A DNA stretch of 57,428 bases, filler included, from Platydemus manokwari (Eukaryota), in NCBI GenBank assembly GCA_037951405.1. It is 5 parts of 5 records of this genome, joined end to end, with 100 filler letters (N's around TTAATTAATTAA, not from the genome) between each part and the next. Parts side by side here need not be neighbours in the genome. Positions count along the whole stretch, not along the records: positions 22,674 to 35,320 come from JBBMOY010033347.1; positions 35,421 to 48,401 come from JBBMOY011889165.1; 3 more parts are not named here. One strand, 5' to 3'. Position 1 is the stretch's first letter, and each line of letters starts with the position of its first letter. Positions 25,601 to 38,500 of the stretch are shown here, piece after piece. Both the position numbers and the translations under genes were made by a program. Under the pieces are notes generated by a model that was given only the letters and a program-made list of their open reading frames with translations, did no database searches and was not told the DNA's origin.

Positions 25601-27257
25601 TTTTAATCAGTGTCGTTTTTCCTGAACCACTCGGTCCGACAACGGCTGTGATGGATTTTTTCTGTGCTGTTATATTGATATTTTTCAATGCATATATTTC
25701 ATTAATTTCATTTTTATAATATTTTGTCAACTTTTTCGTTATAATGCAGCATTCATTAGATTTGGACAAATCTCTACCATATTTGGATACCTGTTCAACC
25801 GACATTATAGATTTCATCGAATAGCTATCAATAAAAGTTAAACTTAGTCTCAGTGTTGAAGTTTTTTTCAATTTATTATTGGTATTTAGTTGTTTTTCAC
25901 TATCTTTCCATTGGTAACTAAAATTAGGAGAAATTACATAATTATCTTGAGAAAATTTCTGATAATTATCGTAATAACTGTCCTGTGATCTTGGTGATTT
26001 CGTCGAGTCTTCAATTTTTGATGAACGGATTTTAAATAATTTATTACTGAAAATAAGACAATCGATTTGATTGGTGATAAAAATAATGATGCAAGATAAA
26101 ATCCAGAACCAAATATTTCCTAAGATAAAAATGATAATAAATTCATTGATAAATGAGCTCTGTTCATCATATTGAGTAGCAAATGTTTCATGTTCTTCAA
26201 TCAATAATAATAGCCAACCCATAGAAAATATTGGAGATATTGTACTCATAAAGTAGAACAAATTTGGTATGTTCAGAGTTGCACCATGACAAAACATTAA
26301 CAGAATTTGTGGACCGATGAACGACAGAGTTCCGCATAATATAGTATAAATATCTAAGTTAATAAGACATATTAAAGAAGCTGTAAACAAACCAGTGTTG
26401 TAAACAATTGTATAAATATAGATCAAAATCTTTGGATCCGATTTAGTTATTATATTCTGATCGTTTAATGCGATCATCATTGGAATAAAAGAAACATGAC
26501 CGACAATACCGATGATATTATAAATAAAAAACAATGATAGAAATTTCATGAAAACATCGTTCTTGTTGTTGATGCTGCATCTATAGGAGCGATTTAATTC
26601 ATAATAATTAATAATAAAACACCCAATCAAAGCAAAAAATAAAACCATATACATCGTTGACCATTCCAATGGACGATCAAAGTTATTGGGCAATCCACCA
26701 ATATAAATTTCATTGGAAATGCTGCTATTTGAAATCGATCGATTTGAGAAAGCAGTACCAATTAAATAAATGGCATTGAGAAAGTTCGACCGAAAAGATT
26801 CAACCTCAATTTTATCATTGAAATCAATTAAAATGGAAATATTAACGTGTTTAATTTCATTCAATTTCATTTCGAAATTAGTCAAATTCGTTACATTGTT
26901 GATAGAATTGAAACAGTAAATAAATATTCTTGATGACATATAATAGGAAAGTATCAAAACAGAACTCACAGCTGAACTTTGAATTCCATTAGTGATTTTA
27001 TCGGCATCAATTAAATGAATTATTTTACCAACGAATGTTGAATTTGGAGTATAGTAAATGTAAATTTGATTTCTAGTTAATAGCTTTTTCGCATTGATGA
27101 TATTCCAATGTGTCAATCGGGGTACATTGAGAAGTATGTGATAAAAATACAATATTACCAGATATCCAATAATCCAGCACAAAGGGAAAATGCAATTCTT
27201 CTTTAAAAACAAAATATTAAAATAGCTGTATGTTTTGAATCTGTACCATTGATACAT
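22674..27257 (-). CDS. ABCA-subfamily-like full transporter, paralog 1; intronless, 3' end lost in gap, degenerate NBD motifs
   Basis: TMD1-NBD1-R1-TMD2-NBD2 layout. Walker A GPSGSGKT and GSNSSGKT; Walker B IVLLDEP and IIVDDP; ABCA-like YCSQYPTLFDELTVEE and GYRL. ATG 27257 aligns with the paralog start; the track start is TTG. Confidence 0.9.
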
Positions 27258-27759
27258 TGAATGGAAAAAAGAAGTCAATGGTTTATTGATAATTTATTAA
27301 TTATTTAAATTAATTTAGAAACCATTTTATAGATCATTAATCGAATTGAATATTTTTTTTAATTTAAATTGTTATTAACAAAATAAGTCGACTAATTAAG
27401 GATGACTATGAGTTACTGTAGATGTTTACGAAAAACTAGGCTACTCATCTATGATAAAAGCTAGTTCATTCATTTTGATTTAGCTTTTTGAGTTGGAATG
27501 TTTTTAATTTCCTGTTTGTTATTTTTAAGTATGCCTAACTTTGTAGCTTGTGTGACTCCAAATAAAAAATAAGATTTAATAACTATAATAATACTTACCT
27601 ATAATTAAATTAATGAAAAAAATTTCAATTAATATAATTTTACTCAATTATTATTTGAGTAAAAACATAAGTCGTTTCCATCAATATTTTTATTCTCTTT
27701 TCAAAATCACACCGTTTGTATTTTAATATTAAAACAAATCTCATTTCTTTATCTAACTT

Positions 27760-29345
27760 CCTTCTTTTTGAGATCCTTTTTAGCCACCCAATTGTTCGAG
27801 GTTTTGGGTGTCCCTGGAAATCAAGAAGAACTTGATATGGACTTTAAAATTTCAAAATCCTGTGAGGACATCCATAACGATCTCCTTTCTTCTTTATCCT
27901 CTGTGGTTCTTTCTTCACTAAAAGTTCTTCTCCAACTGTGAAAATTCTACAACCTCTTTTTTTAGGATCGAATTTCTTTAAGTTTGTGGCTACTGATCTT
28001 AACTGGTTTTCCGTTTCTTTCATGATCTTGTCGTGATGGCTTGGTTCATTTAGTCGTAATCCATGTATATTAATTATTCGTCCAAACAATATTTCAAAAG
28101 GAGAATGTTGAATTGAACTTTGATATGTTGCATTGATGATGAATTCTATTCGCGGTATTAATTTATCCCACACCTTGTTCTTCTGATGCAATCGTTGTTA
28201 CAACCATGTCTCGCACCGTCCTAATCATCCTTTCGGCTAAGCTATTTGCCGGATTCTGGCGTGGGGAGGTAAATTCTTGTTTTATTCCAAAACGTATTGC
28301 TAATTCTTTCATTTCCCTTCCTGCGATTTTGGGGCACCATACCTATAGATCCATTTATCGATGATGGCCTTCAAAATACTTGATTCATCTTGTCAAATAA
28401 GTGGCACTAAGCTTACTAACTTACTGAATCTATCGACAATAACCAACAAATATCTGATTTTAGTCATAAATTCCGCAAAATGCGCAACATCACAACGATC
28501 TGCTTCAGAGGCCCAAACTCTTCTATGGGAATCATAATCTCTTTGGTAAGTCCAGTGTATACCTTCCGTTTAGCACAAATATCACAATTCCGTACTTCAT
28601 GTTCAAAGCTTCGTGACATATTTGGCCAGAAGTGAATTTTTTGAATGTAATCGACCAATTTCTTATTACCAAATATGGCACAACTCCTCATGAAGGTATC
28701 TCGTAAGTTTAACGGAGATATAACGGAGCCGTAATTAATGCATAGTCCTTGATAAATCTTCTGTAATAATTGCATAATCCTAGGAACGATCACAACTGAG
28801 TGATGCAACCAGGATTAATTACTTCCTAAATCTTCTTTACTTTATCGTCATTAGTTTCTATACCTTCTGCAATGACCGTATGACCCAGGAAATTCAATTT
28901 TCTGGTAACAAAAGTGCATTTCTCGGGATTGATTTTCAAACCTGATGATTTAATCAACCTGAATACCTTTTCAAGTATCTCATTGTGTTTCTCTACCGTT
29001 CTTCCATACACTAAAATATCATCCAGATAAAAAAGAACGCCTTTGTAAATCAAGTCCTTGAATATAGTATTCATTAGACTCTGAAAAGTTGCTGGCGCGG
29101 TACATAATCCAAAAGGTAATCTGTTAAAACAAAACTGCTCAGTTCTAGTGCTGAACGCCGTTTTCATTTTAGAATCTTCCTCAAGTTTGACCTGATAATA
29201 TGCTTAGTCTAAATCTATCGAGGAGAAAACTGTCGCTCCAAACACTGAGTCCAATAACGTTTGGATATCAGGTACCGGAAAAGAAAACTTTTAAGTCTGT
29301 TCGTTTAATTTTCTGAAGTCTAAACACATCCTGATCGACCCATCT
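27760..29345 (-). mobile_element. Ty3/Gypsy LTR-retrotransposon pol relic (RT and integrase; RNase H deleted)
   Basis: GSIRMCLDFRKLN, KTAFST...RLPFGLCTAPATFQ, YLDD. Integrase FWPNM...CDIC, IEFIINATYQSSIQHSPFEILFGR. RT lies upstream of IN; stops and frameshifts present. Confidence 0.92.
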
Positions 29346-30778
29346 TGATCATAAAGAGGTCTAATTGTAGCTGTTGTGATTAAGATTGTAATGTTTTGGA
29401 CAATACAATTTTCAGGTCTATTTGTTGATTAATACTCAACAGGGGCATAAATGATCAGTCTTATGTACCTTCAAAGTATGAATGATCTTTTGTACAAAAT
29501 ATTGTTTAGTTGTTCAAAACATCGGTCACTAAGCCTTTAATTGCCAAATACTTTGATAATTTATCAATAGTTATTTTAAATTCGAATTAATTTAAGTTCC
29601 AAATTAGAAGTTCTAGGTGTTTGATAACTTATATACATTTTTTGGCTACTCCGCTGGACATTGGCTATTTATATCTTCATTTTCATTGCTAGTCTGCAAT
29701 TACTATTGAACTTGTCTAGTTTATTTTGGTGATTTAAAACTCATGTTATTTATTTAAGCTGTCTGATTTATTTAAAGCATGATATTTATTTATGTTTTTG
29801 GTTATCTGTTTTGGTTGTTTAATTTTTGTTTTGCTAATATGATTATTTAGAATTTATTTTCAATTTCACTAATTATTTTTATTATTTGATCAGGATTTCT
29901 GGTCCATTTGGTCTCATATTCCATATTTGCTCTATTAGAACATCAATCCCTTTCGGATAACTTATGTTATAAAATCAATGAATTAATATGAAAATATAAA
30001 TCATAATGCTTATTTTGTTCATCATCCAATTTATATCGAGCAAACTGATGTTAACCATTTGGAGTGGTTGGGTTTGCATTCACCCTTTTTGGTATAATCA
30101 CCCAATTTTATATTATTTTTATTGAAGTAGAAAGATTATATATTAACTATCACTTTGTGCATTTGAATTCATTTTTGATTATAGGCATATAAAATTGTGA
30201 TTTATTTGAAATTATGTTGATTGGTCAATGATTTTCCGATATTAAAATACAACCTGTCTGGTAGGTTATGCACCTGTTTTTCTTCTTTTATCTTTTATTT
30301 CTATTTCTGACTTTTAATATTTCTTTATTCAGTAGATTTGTTTAAATAATGTTTTGGTTTAATGTTAAGGTCAGAGTTGTTGATTGATGGTAAAATAAAT
30401 TCACGACTATATTTTAAGATTACTTAAACATTTCACCGCTAAAGATTAAAGTTCACCTCGCTGTTGATGTGATTTAAAAGACATTTATCTCAGATTCTTT
30501 GTTAAATTATCCCTATGGAAAACGAGTTGTATCTTTCTAGCAATAGATAAATGAACATAGTGATGTAATCAATGATTGCAAGAATTATTGAAAATATAAA
30601 TAACTAATATTCTAAACTACTAACTACTTATCGGCTTCAAAGACTCATTCAATGAATAATATTAATATGACATGTACAATCAGAATAAAAATAAATTAAA
30701 TCAGAGTGAATTAATTTTCAAATCATTTTTAATATTGATTCTATTAAACAAATAACATGTCGATATTATTATTAAAGA

Positions 30779-33700
30779 ATGAAAAATATTACGAAATTGA
30801 AAACCTACGGTCGTTTTAATATTTTATTCCTATGTAGAAATTGGATATTTCCCATTGTATTTATGGTTGGTAATGTCATTGTGATTTTTAAAAATCATGA
30901 TTTGGTCAATGTACCACAAATGATCGAATGGCGTAAGTTCAAAATCAAAGATATCATCGATATGACTAATTTATATATTTATTACTATCCTGACACGAAA
31001 ATTACCTCAGACATCATTGATTCCATTCAAGTCAAACATATCAAAAGACCGTTGAGAAATTTTTCTCGAACTAAGGAATTGTTTTTTTTCGTTGAAGGAC
31101 AAAAATCGATATTCGTTTACAATTTCCATTCCATTAACAATTTAACGAATTTCAAAAAATCTAATATTAACATCTCATCAATTTTTGAAGTCAATGTTTC
31201 GGTTATTATTAATTTTAAATTTAAAAGGATTTTGGAAACATATCAATCGAATTATATCAATGGAATCTATTTGTTAGGCACAGCATTTAATAAGGGAATA
31301 TTCCCAGCTGATATTCTTGTCAGTGGATTGCCAGATATTTTCGATAGACCATTATTGTGGCCAATCCTTTACATAATGTTTTTATTTGGAATGATGGGTT
31401 GCTTCGTAATAAACTATCACGGTCTCAACAATGCCTATCAATGCCCAGTGACCCGTAACACAGGCTGTGTCACGAAATTGATTTCTCTGTTATTGATATA
31501 TAATATTATTGGATTATTTACCCATATTTCAATGGTACTTGTTCTGATAAATTTAAAAGAGAAAAATCTTTTACCAAAATGGTCTCATGAAATTATTTTT
31601 TTAATCTTCACAATTACATACAACACGGGCTTATTCACAGCTGCTCTGATATGTCAATTCAATTTCGATATTTATACTGTTTTATGTGGATCTACATTGT
31701 TTATTGCACCACAAATCTTTTACATACTCTGTTATGGAACTAATTTACAATCGACACTTGTGTTTCGATATTTGAGCTTAATTTCACCGATATTTGCAAT
31801 GGGCTGGTTGTTGGCAGTATTAGAAGAATATGAACAATTTGGAATATCCAGATTTTATTTCAGTTCTTTTGGTAATAATGATGTGATAAATATTTCAATT
31901 ATTCCTTTAATTTCAACGAATCTCGCGTTCTGGATAGTTGCTTGTCTAATTATTTTTATCAATAATAAAGTAGGAATGTATTTAGAAAATTATCGATCCG
32001 CTAAAGTTTCCGCTCGTAAAATGAAAAAGAAAAAACCTAAAACAATAAAAATCAAATCGCAGAGTCTGGAATCCCATAAAAATCTTGATTTAACGGCCTA
32101 TAGTGACATAACGATCATTAGTAGCAGTAACCAATCAAATATCAATGTTCAAAGCGGTCAATCAAAAGAGCTTAAAGCATTAGTGAATAATCCTAACATA
32201 AATTATGGAAGCCAAGAATCAAGTGATAAAGATTATAATGATTGTGTTATTACAAAAAAATTAACGAAATTTTACGATAGTTCTATAAAGAAAGGTAATG
32301 GTTTAAAAGGTTTCAACATGAATGCTCCGAAATATTCAGTAACGGCAATTGTTGGACCGAACGGTTCAGGAAAATCGACATTGATAAAGATTCTTAGTGG
32401 TCTCATTCAACCTACAAATGGTTATTTTATAATTAATAATAACAAAATAAAAAATATCAAATTTAGTAACGTATTTTCAGAAATATCTGTTTTCTATAAT
32501 AATAAATTACATCTACCTTTTCTTACAGTGGTTGAATATTTCAATTTTATCATTGCCTTGGACAACAATTCCAAATATAAACCTCATGATATAGTGAGCA
32601 TCATCAAATTAGTGATTATTCTAGAAATAAAAGAATTCCTTTATATGAAACTTAATGCTTGTCCTCCAGCTGTCATTAGATTGGTCCAAATATTGAGTAC
32701 TTTTATTTTCAATACGCCTGTAGTTCTCCTCGATGAGCCTTATTTAGGTCTCGATTACAGAATGCAATGTTCCATCAATCGTCTTCTAAAAGATCGAAAA
32801 TCCCAGCAATCAATAATTGTTACCACGAGTAATGCCAGCAATATCGAAACGTGTGCGGATAAAGTTATTTTAATAGCCGATGGAAAGGTCATATTACAAT
32901 CGAATACCGGTGATTTGATAATGGAAAATAAGATGGGCTTCAAACTCATTTGTTTCATGGAACCGAATGCTGGTGATTATAGTATCATAAGGTTTATCAA
33001 ATCTGCTTATCCTGATATTACTTATGAAGCATCATTTGATCAAACAATTCAATTCCATGTGCCACAAAAATTGATTTATCAAATCGATAAGATCTCTGAA
33101 CAATTGATATTGGATTCGAATCATTTTGGAGTGGAGAAAGTTCAATTCAATCGAAACGATTTCAAACTTTATTTCCATCAGTTAGTCTACATGCATTTCA
33201 AAACCTCCTTCGAACATGATCATCATCAAGGCAATTTAAGAAGGCTAACTCTCAATTACGAAAACTTGTGGAAACAGAAATCCAAAACGATGATTTATAT
33301 CCGACAATTTCACCAAATATTTATGTATCAATTAACGACACTGTATCGATTTCCAAATCAAGTGACATTATCAGTATTTATGCCAATATTATCAGTGGTG
33401 ATAATGGCTACCGTAGCTATGGTATTCCATCAACATTCCATTCATTATTTATATCCCAAAATTGTTCACGATATCGTTTATGGAATTTCTAAAAATTCCT
33501 CAAACAATGCAAATATAAGCAACATTATTGAAAAACTAAGCGTCGACATCACGACAATTAATACCATGGGAAATACTACGTTTCAAGAATTTACCAATCA
33601 TCTATATTCAGAAGCGAAAAACAATTCCATTAAATATAAAAATTCGACCAAAATTGCGGTTTATTTTTCCAATACCAATTCTGGCTCAATGGAAATCATT

Positions 33701-35320
33701 GTTCTATCAAACAATGACAATCTTTTATCGAAAGTATTCGAAAGATTGCAAAATTATTTTATCAAATCCGTCAATATTATTTTCTACGATATTGAAATCA
33801 TTAAAGCCCGACCACGATCGAATTATTTATTGGATAAATTATTTTTACTTCGATTAATGTATGTATCAATTGTTGTTTTCGTCAGTAATTTATTCAATCA
33901 AAAACATCGAATGCAATTCCAAGAACGAGTTCGAATTTTACGATTGCTTACAATTCATTATACGCTCTGTTTCTTACCGAAATATTTATTGGATTTTTTA
34001 CAATTTGTGTTATTCCATTGTTTTCTGGTTTTGATAATTTATTTACTTAGTGATTTGGGATTCACACAAGAGGATCAAAATACTCAATATTTGATAATGA
34101 TTCTGGTGATATATGGTCTTACTGATATTTCCTGCAAAACTATGGTTGGTTCGAGGTTGAATTTTAGTCCATCATTGTTATTAGTTTTTATATATTTTGA
34201 TTTGTTGGTAGCAATTATTTCGCTAGCATTGTCGTTAAAATTTTATTTGATTGCTCTCAAAAAATTCAGCAACATGTATATTTCATTGTGTGGAACAAAT
34301 GTGGAAATGATTTCATTTCTTTTGACTTTATTAATTCCGGCCAAAAGTCTCAGTGATGGTCTATTATCATATTTGGTGAATCCCAAATATACAGTGTACA
34401 ATGAAAAATGCAGTTCCGATGCATCTTTAGCGATTTTGACCGGTCCAGATAGTGTTCCAACTGTTGGGTTTTTTCTTTTAGTCTTTTCGTGTCAGTTTGC
34501 TGTGTCTTTTATTTTAATATTTATTTTGAATCATTCATCTTATCATTGGTTTCGGTTTGTCTTGTTGATTGTCCAATTGAAAAAGTGTTTGTCTTCTTTA
34601 AAATTGCAAAAATCTTCTCAAACGAAAACCAATGATAAAACGTTGATGCATTTTAATGACGTTTCTTATTCCACTTGTAGTGGACTAAAGGAATTCAAGA
34701 ATATCAATTGGAACATAACCAAAGGTTCAACTTCATTAATTTTAGGTTCAAATGGTTCAGGAAAAACGTTATTAATCGAACTTATTGTTGGGTTAAAGAA
34801 GCCTACTTCGGGAAAAATAACTTGCAATAAGTGTGAATATGAAAAATTTGAAATGAGAAGTAAGGTATCAAAGATTTCATATTGTTGTCAAAACCCAGTT
34901 CTATTCGATGGATTAACAGTTGCTGAATTGTTTGTACTATGGGCAAATATTCGTTGTTTACCTTCTAAAAAAGTCTATCATATCATAAAATCAATTATGA
35001 GAGACTTAGATTTGACGAAATATTCCAATATATTAATTGGAAAATTATCTCTTTTAACCACGAAACTTGTTTGTTTGGGATTATCTGTTGTAGGATATCC
35101 TAATTTGATTATTGTTGATGATCCTCTAGCCAATCTAGATACACAATCTCAACAAAATGTCGTCGCTCTTTTGAAAAAAGCTAAGTCTTACAAGAGTACA
35201 ATAATCATAACGTCTACAGAAATAAATGAACTGTATAGTATCATAGATAATATTCTCATTCTCCATAATTATGGCATTATTTATCAAGGACCGTGGGAAA
35301 GCATTCCTGGTAGTATTACA
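30779..35320 (+). CDS. ABCA-subfamily-like full transporter, paralog 2; intronless, 3' end lost in gap, degenerate NBD motifs
   Basis: Colinear with paralog 1 throughout. Walker A GPNGSGKS and GSNGSGKT; Walker B VVLLDEP and IIVDDP. Confidence 0.9.
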
Positions 35321-35420
35321 NNNNNNNNNNNNNNNNNNNNNNNNNNNNNNNNNNNNNNNNNNNNTTAATTAATTAANNNNNNNNNNNNNNNNNNNNNNNN
35401 NNNNNNNNNNNNNNNNNNNN

Positions 35421-35448
35421 TATTATTATTATTATTATTATTATTATG

Positions 35449-35497
<49 letters not shown>
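35421..35497. repeat. (ATT)n microsatellite
   Basis: Near-perfect ATT array next to an assembly gap. Confidence 0.95.
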
Positions 35498-35522
35498 GAC
35501 CAATAATACATTTGATCATAAA

Positions 35523-38500
35523 ATGTCTTCATTTCAGCATAAAATGGATTTGCTTATTGAGGCTTTCTTTGCCATTGATATCGATGCATCAGGTAAAATG
35601 TTATTTTTGTTATTTTTTGCCTTTTTTTAAAAAAAATTTCTTATTTTTTGTTTTGGTTTCGCTGATAGAAGAGATTTCGATTAATGAATTGCAAAGTTAT
35701 ATGAACAAGAACAATTACCGACCGGAATTTGTTGAAGTAATTCTGATAATATTTTATTATTGTTTAATTCATTAAAACAAATAAATCATAGAATGATTTT
35801 AATGATAGGATTTGGAAAGAATGGATTTTTAAAATTATAATTCCAACAGAAATTCAGTGACTGTTCAAATGGTATAAATATAATCATATTAAGATTATAA
35901 ATAAAATAATAAATGTATAAATATAATGTATGAGCCTTTATTAGATAAATAAAATCATTCCCCTGTGGTGTAATGAAAATACTGCAAATTCTATTATTAT
36001 GACATGATGTGTATTGCTCTATCTTATAGATGATTGTGATATGAATCAACTGAAACAGTCATCCCATATTAATCCATTCAAAAACCATTGGTTCCTTAAG
36101 CCTGTAGATGTAATGGTATTATATACGAGGGAAAATGTTAGTCGATATAGCTTAGCAAACATTATCTGTACCATGACAATCATAATTTGACAGAAATCAC
36201 TTAAAGCCATTAATAAAAATTAAATTAAACCACTATTTGTATAAAATCCCGAAAGCTTATTTAATAATTTTGTCGTCTATTAAAAGAATTGAAACTATTA
36301 CTACATAAGCCGTATCAAATAATTATCGGATTTACTGGAATAAAAATAAATTATAATTTGTATCTTGCTTTTGATAAAAATTTATTCATCATCAGGAACA
36401 ATTGATGGAGTGATTCGAAAAAGTTATTTTACAACACAAAATACAATAATCAATTATATTTATCCAAACACCTATCGATTAATAATTCCTTCATCATAGA
36501 ATATTTTTGGAAAATTAACGCGATTTTTTATGAATTACAATTTATAGAATTTTTCGCGTTTTGTTTTCCACAAACCAGCTGCATCTATGAGTCACGGGAA
36601 ACAATTTAAATATTAATTGATAAACCAGCTAGTAATAAAAACATCATAAATTTGTTTATCGATCTCGCATATTTGGATAATGTGTTAACAAATAGCAAAA
36701 TAGATTGAACATAATTTTGTTCGAAAACGGCATTGAATGAGATCAGGAAAATCATTTTGAAAATGTTGACATAATTGGCACAAAATCTTTGAAATAAAAC
36801 TCTATGATTTTAATCAATTTTTTTGTGTGGGATTGCAATAGTTGGGTTTTGTTTGAAATTATTAGCAAACTTTACAATTGCTTTTATTAGACTGTATCGG
36901 TCATTGGTTCTGTTTTATCGACTATAGTAGGAATTATATTGGGATTGTCAGTCCTGGACAATCACCTGTTTTCTTTAAAATTTCAAAAATCCTCTCAAAA
37001 TCACAGATCCCTAACAATTATATTTTCTCCACCAAATATGAGCCTTAAAATTTCTTAAATAATTCTGGTTACCAGATGGCATGGATAAACGGTTCCCAAA
37101 TTCGTTGTGTCATAAAATTTATTAAAATACTAGTTTGTTACATTTTCCTAGGATAAATTTTGACCTGGTTGGGTCTAGAAGCTTTTGATTCGTGACGTCA
37201 TCGGCTTAGTAAAGGCACGGCCTGTTACGATGTTGCTTTTTACTTGCACTCATCTCCGCACTGTTGGGGTTGGAACAGTTTGAATGTTTTGTAGATGAGA
37301 TGAAATCTCTGAGAACACCAGTTTGGTGGAAATGCCAAATTTTCGCTGAGTGTTCAATGTCTCCCATTGCGCATTCTTTGACCAGGTTTCGGATTTTTGT
37401 CTTTGGCACTCCAAATTTTGATGAAATTGCTTCAGTTGGGGCCGGAATATTTTTCAACCATTTCAATAAATTGCAAAACATTTATAAATATTTGATCACT
37501 AAAATCTACACGATTTAACCAGGAAAATATCACGCAATTCCTTTTACTCATTCATCATGGAATAATATTGTTAATCGATAATTATTATAGTGTAAAATAA
37601 TTATGAATGATCTTATTAATTTATAGATTTTAATATCTTTTTTTTCAATAAATTAATTCGAACACATTATCAAACGTTACAAGTCAATAAGAATGATAAT
37701 TGTTTTAACCATTAGGAAAAATCCAAAACCCTTTTTATAGATCATCAATAATTAAATAACATAAACCATTTTGTTGTTTTAAAATGAGTCACAAAAATCA
37801 CCTCGAATTGTATTTTTCAAAAAATAAGAATCTTAAACACGATATTATTCGATAAAAATCAATTGTATCTGTTCATGAATATTCATACCTAATATTTCCC
37901 AGCTCATTTGTTTTGATTGTGATATGAGTCGCCAATTTATTTATTTCATATTGATAATAGTCTGAGAATAAATTGTAAAACATTACAATCCATTTCTCAA
38001 ACAAGGTATCAAACTGGAATAATCTGAAAACCCGGTCAACTTCATCATTGAATTATGAAAGCCATTACTAGTAGTTGTCAACTCATAAACTTACTGTTGA
38101 TCGTTTGGGTGATTGATGATCGTTTTGAATAATTGATCGACACAATAATGAATTCATTTGTCAAATTAACAGATCAAATAAAATGTGAATTGACTTGTTA
38201 CACTGGTGATCGATTCGATATTGTTTAATAAGGTCAAATTCGATAAAATCAAGTAGATAATGAAGCAAATGTGAAAGAATCACTCTTAAATAGTCGAACA
38301 AATATTTATTTACAATCTTAAAACGAAATACATTTCACATTAAATGAAGATATAAATATATTATAATTAATTACATTCTATTTATATATTATTTATATAT
38401 TAATTTTAGAAATGGTTGAAAATATTCGATACAGATCATAATGGAAATATTTCTTTGGAAGAATACTGCAAAGTACTGGGAATAGAATATAATAGGGCGT

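Noticed and set aside
35446-35775. Poly-Ile ORF, and poly-Tyr ORF at 40600-40833
   Set aside because: Translations of (ATT)n microsatellites overlapping real TAL exons.
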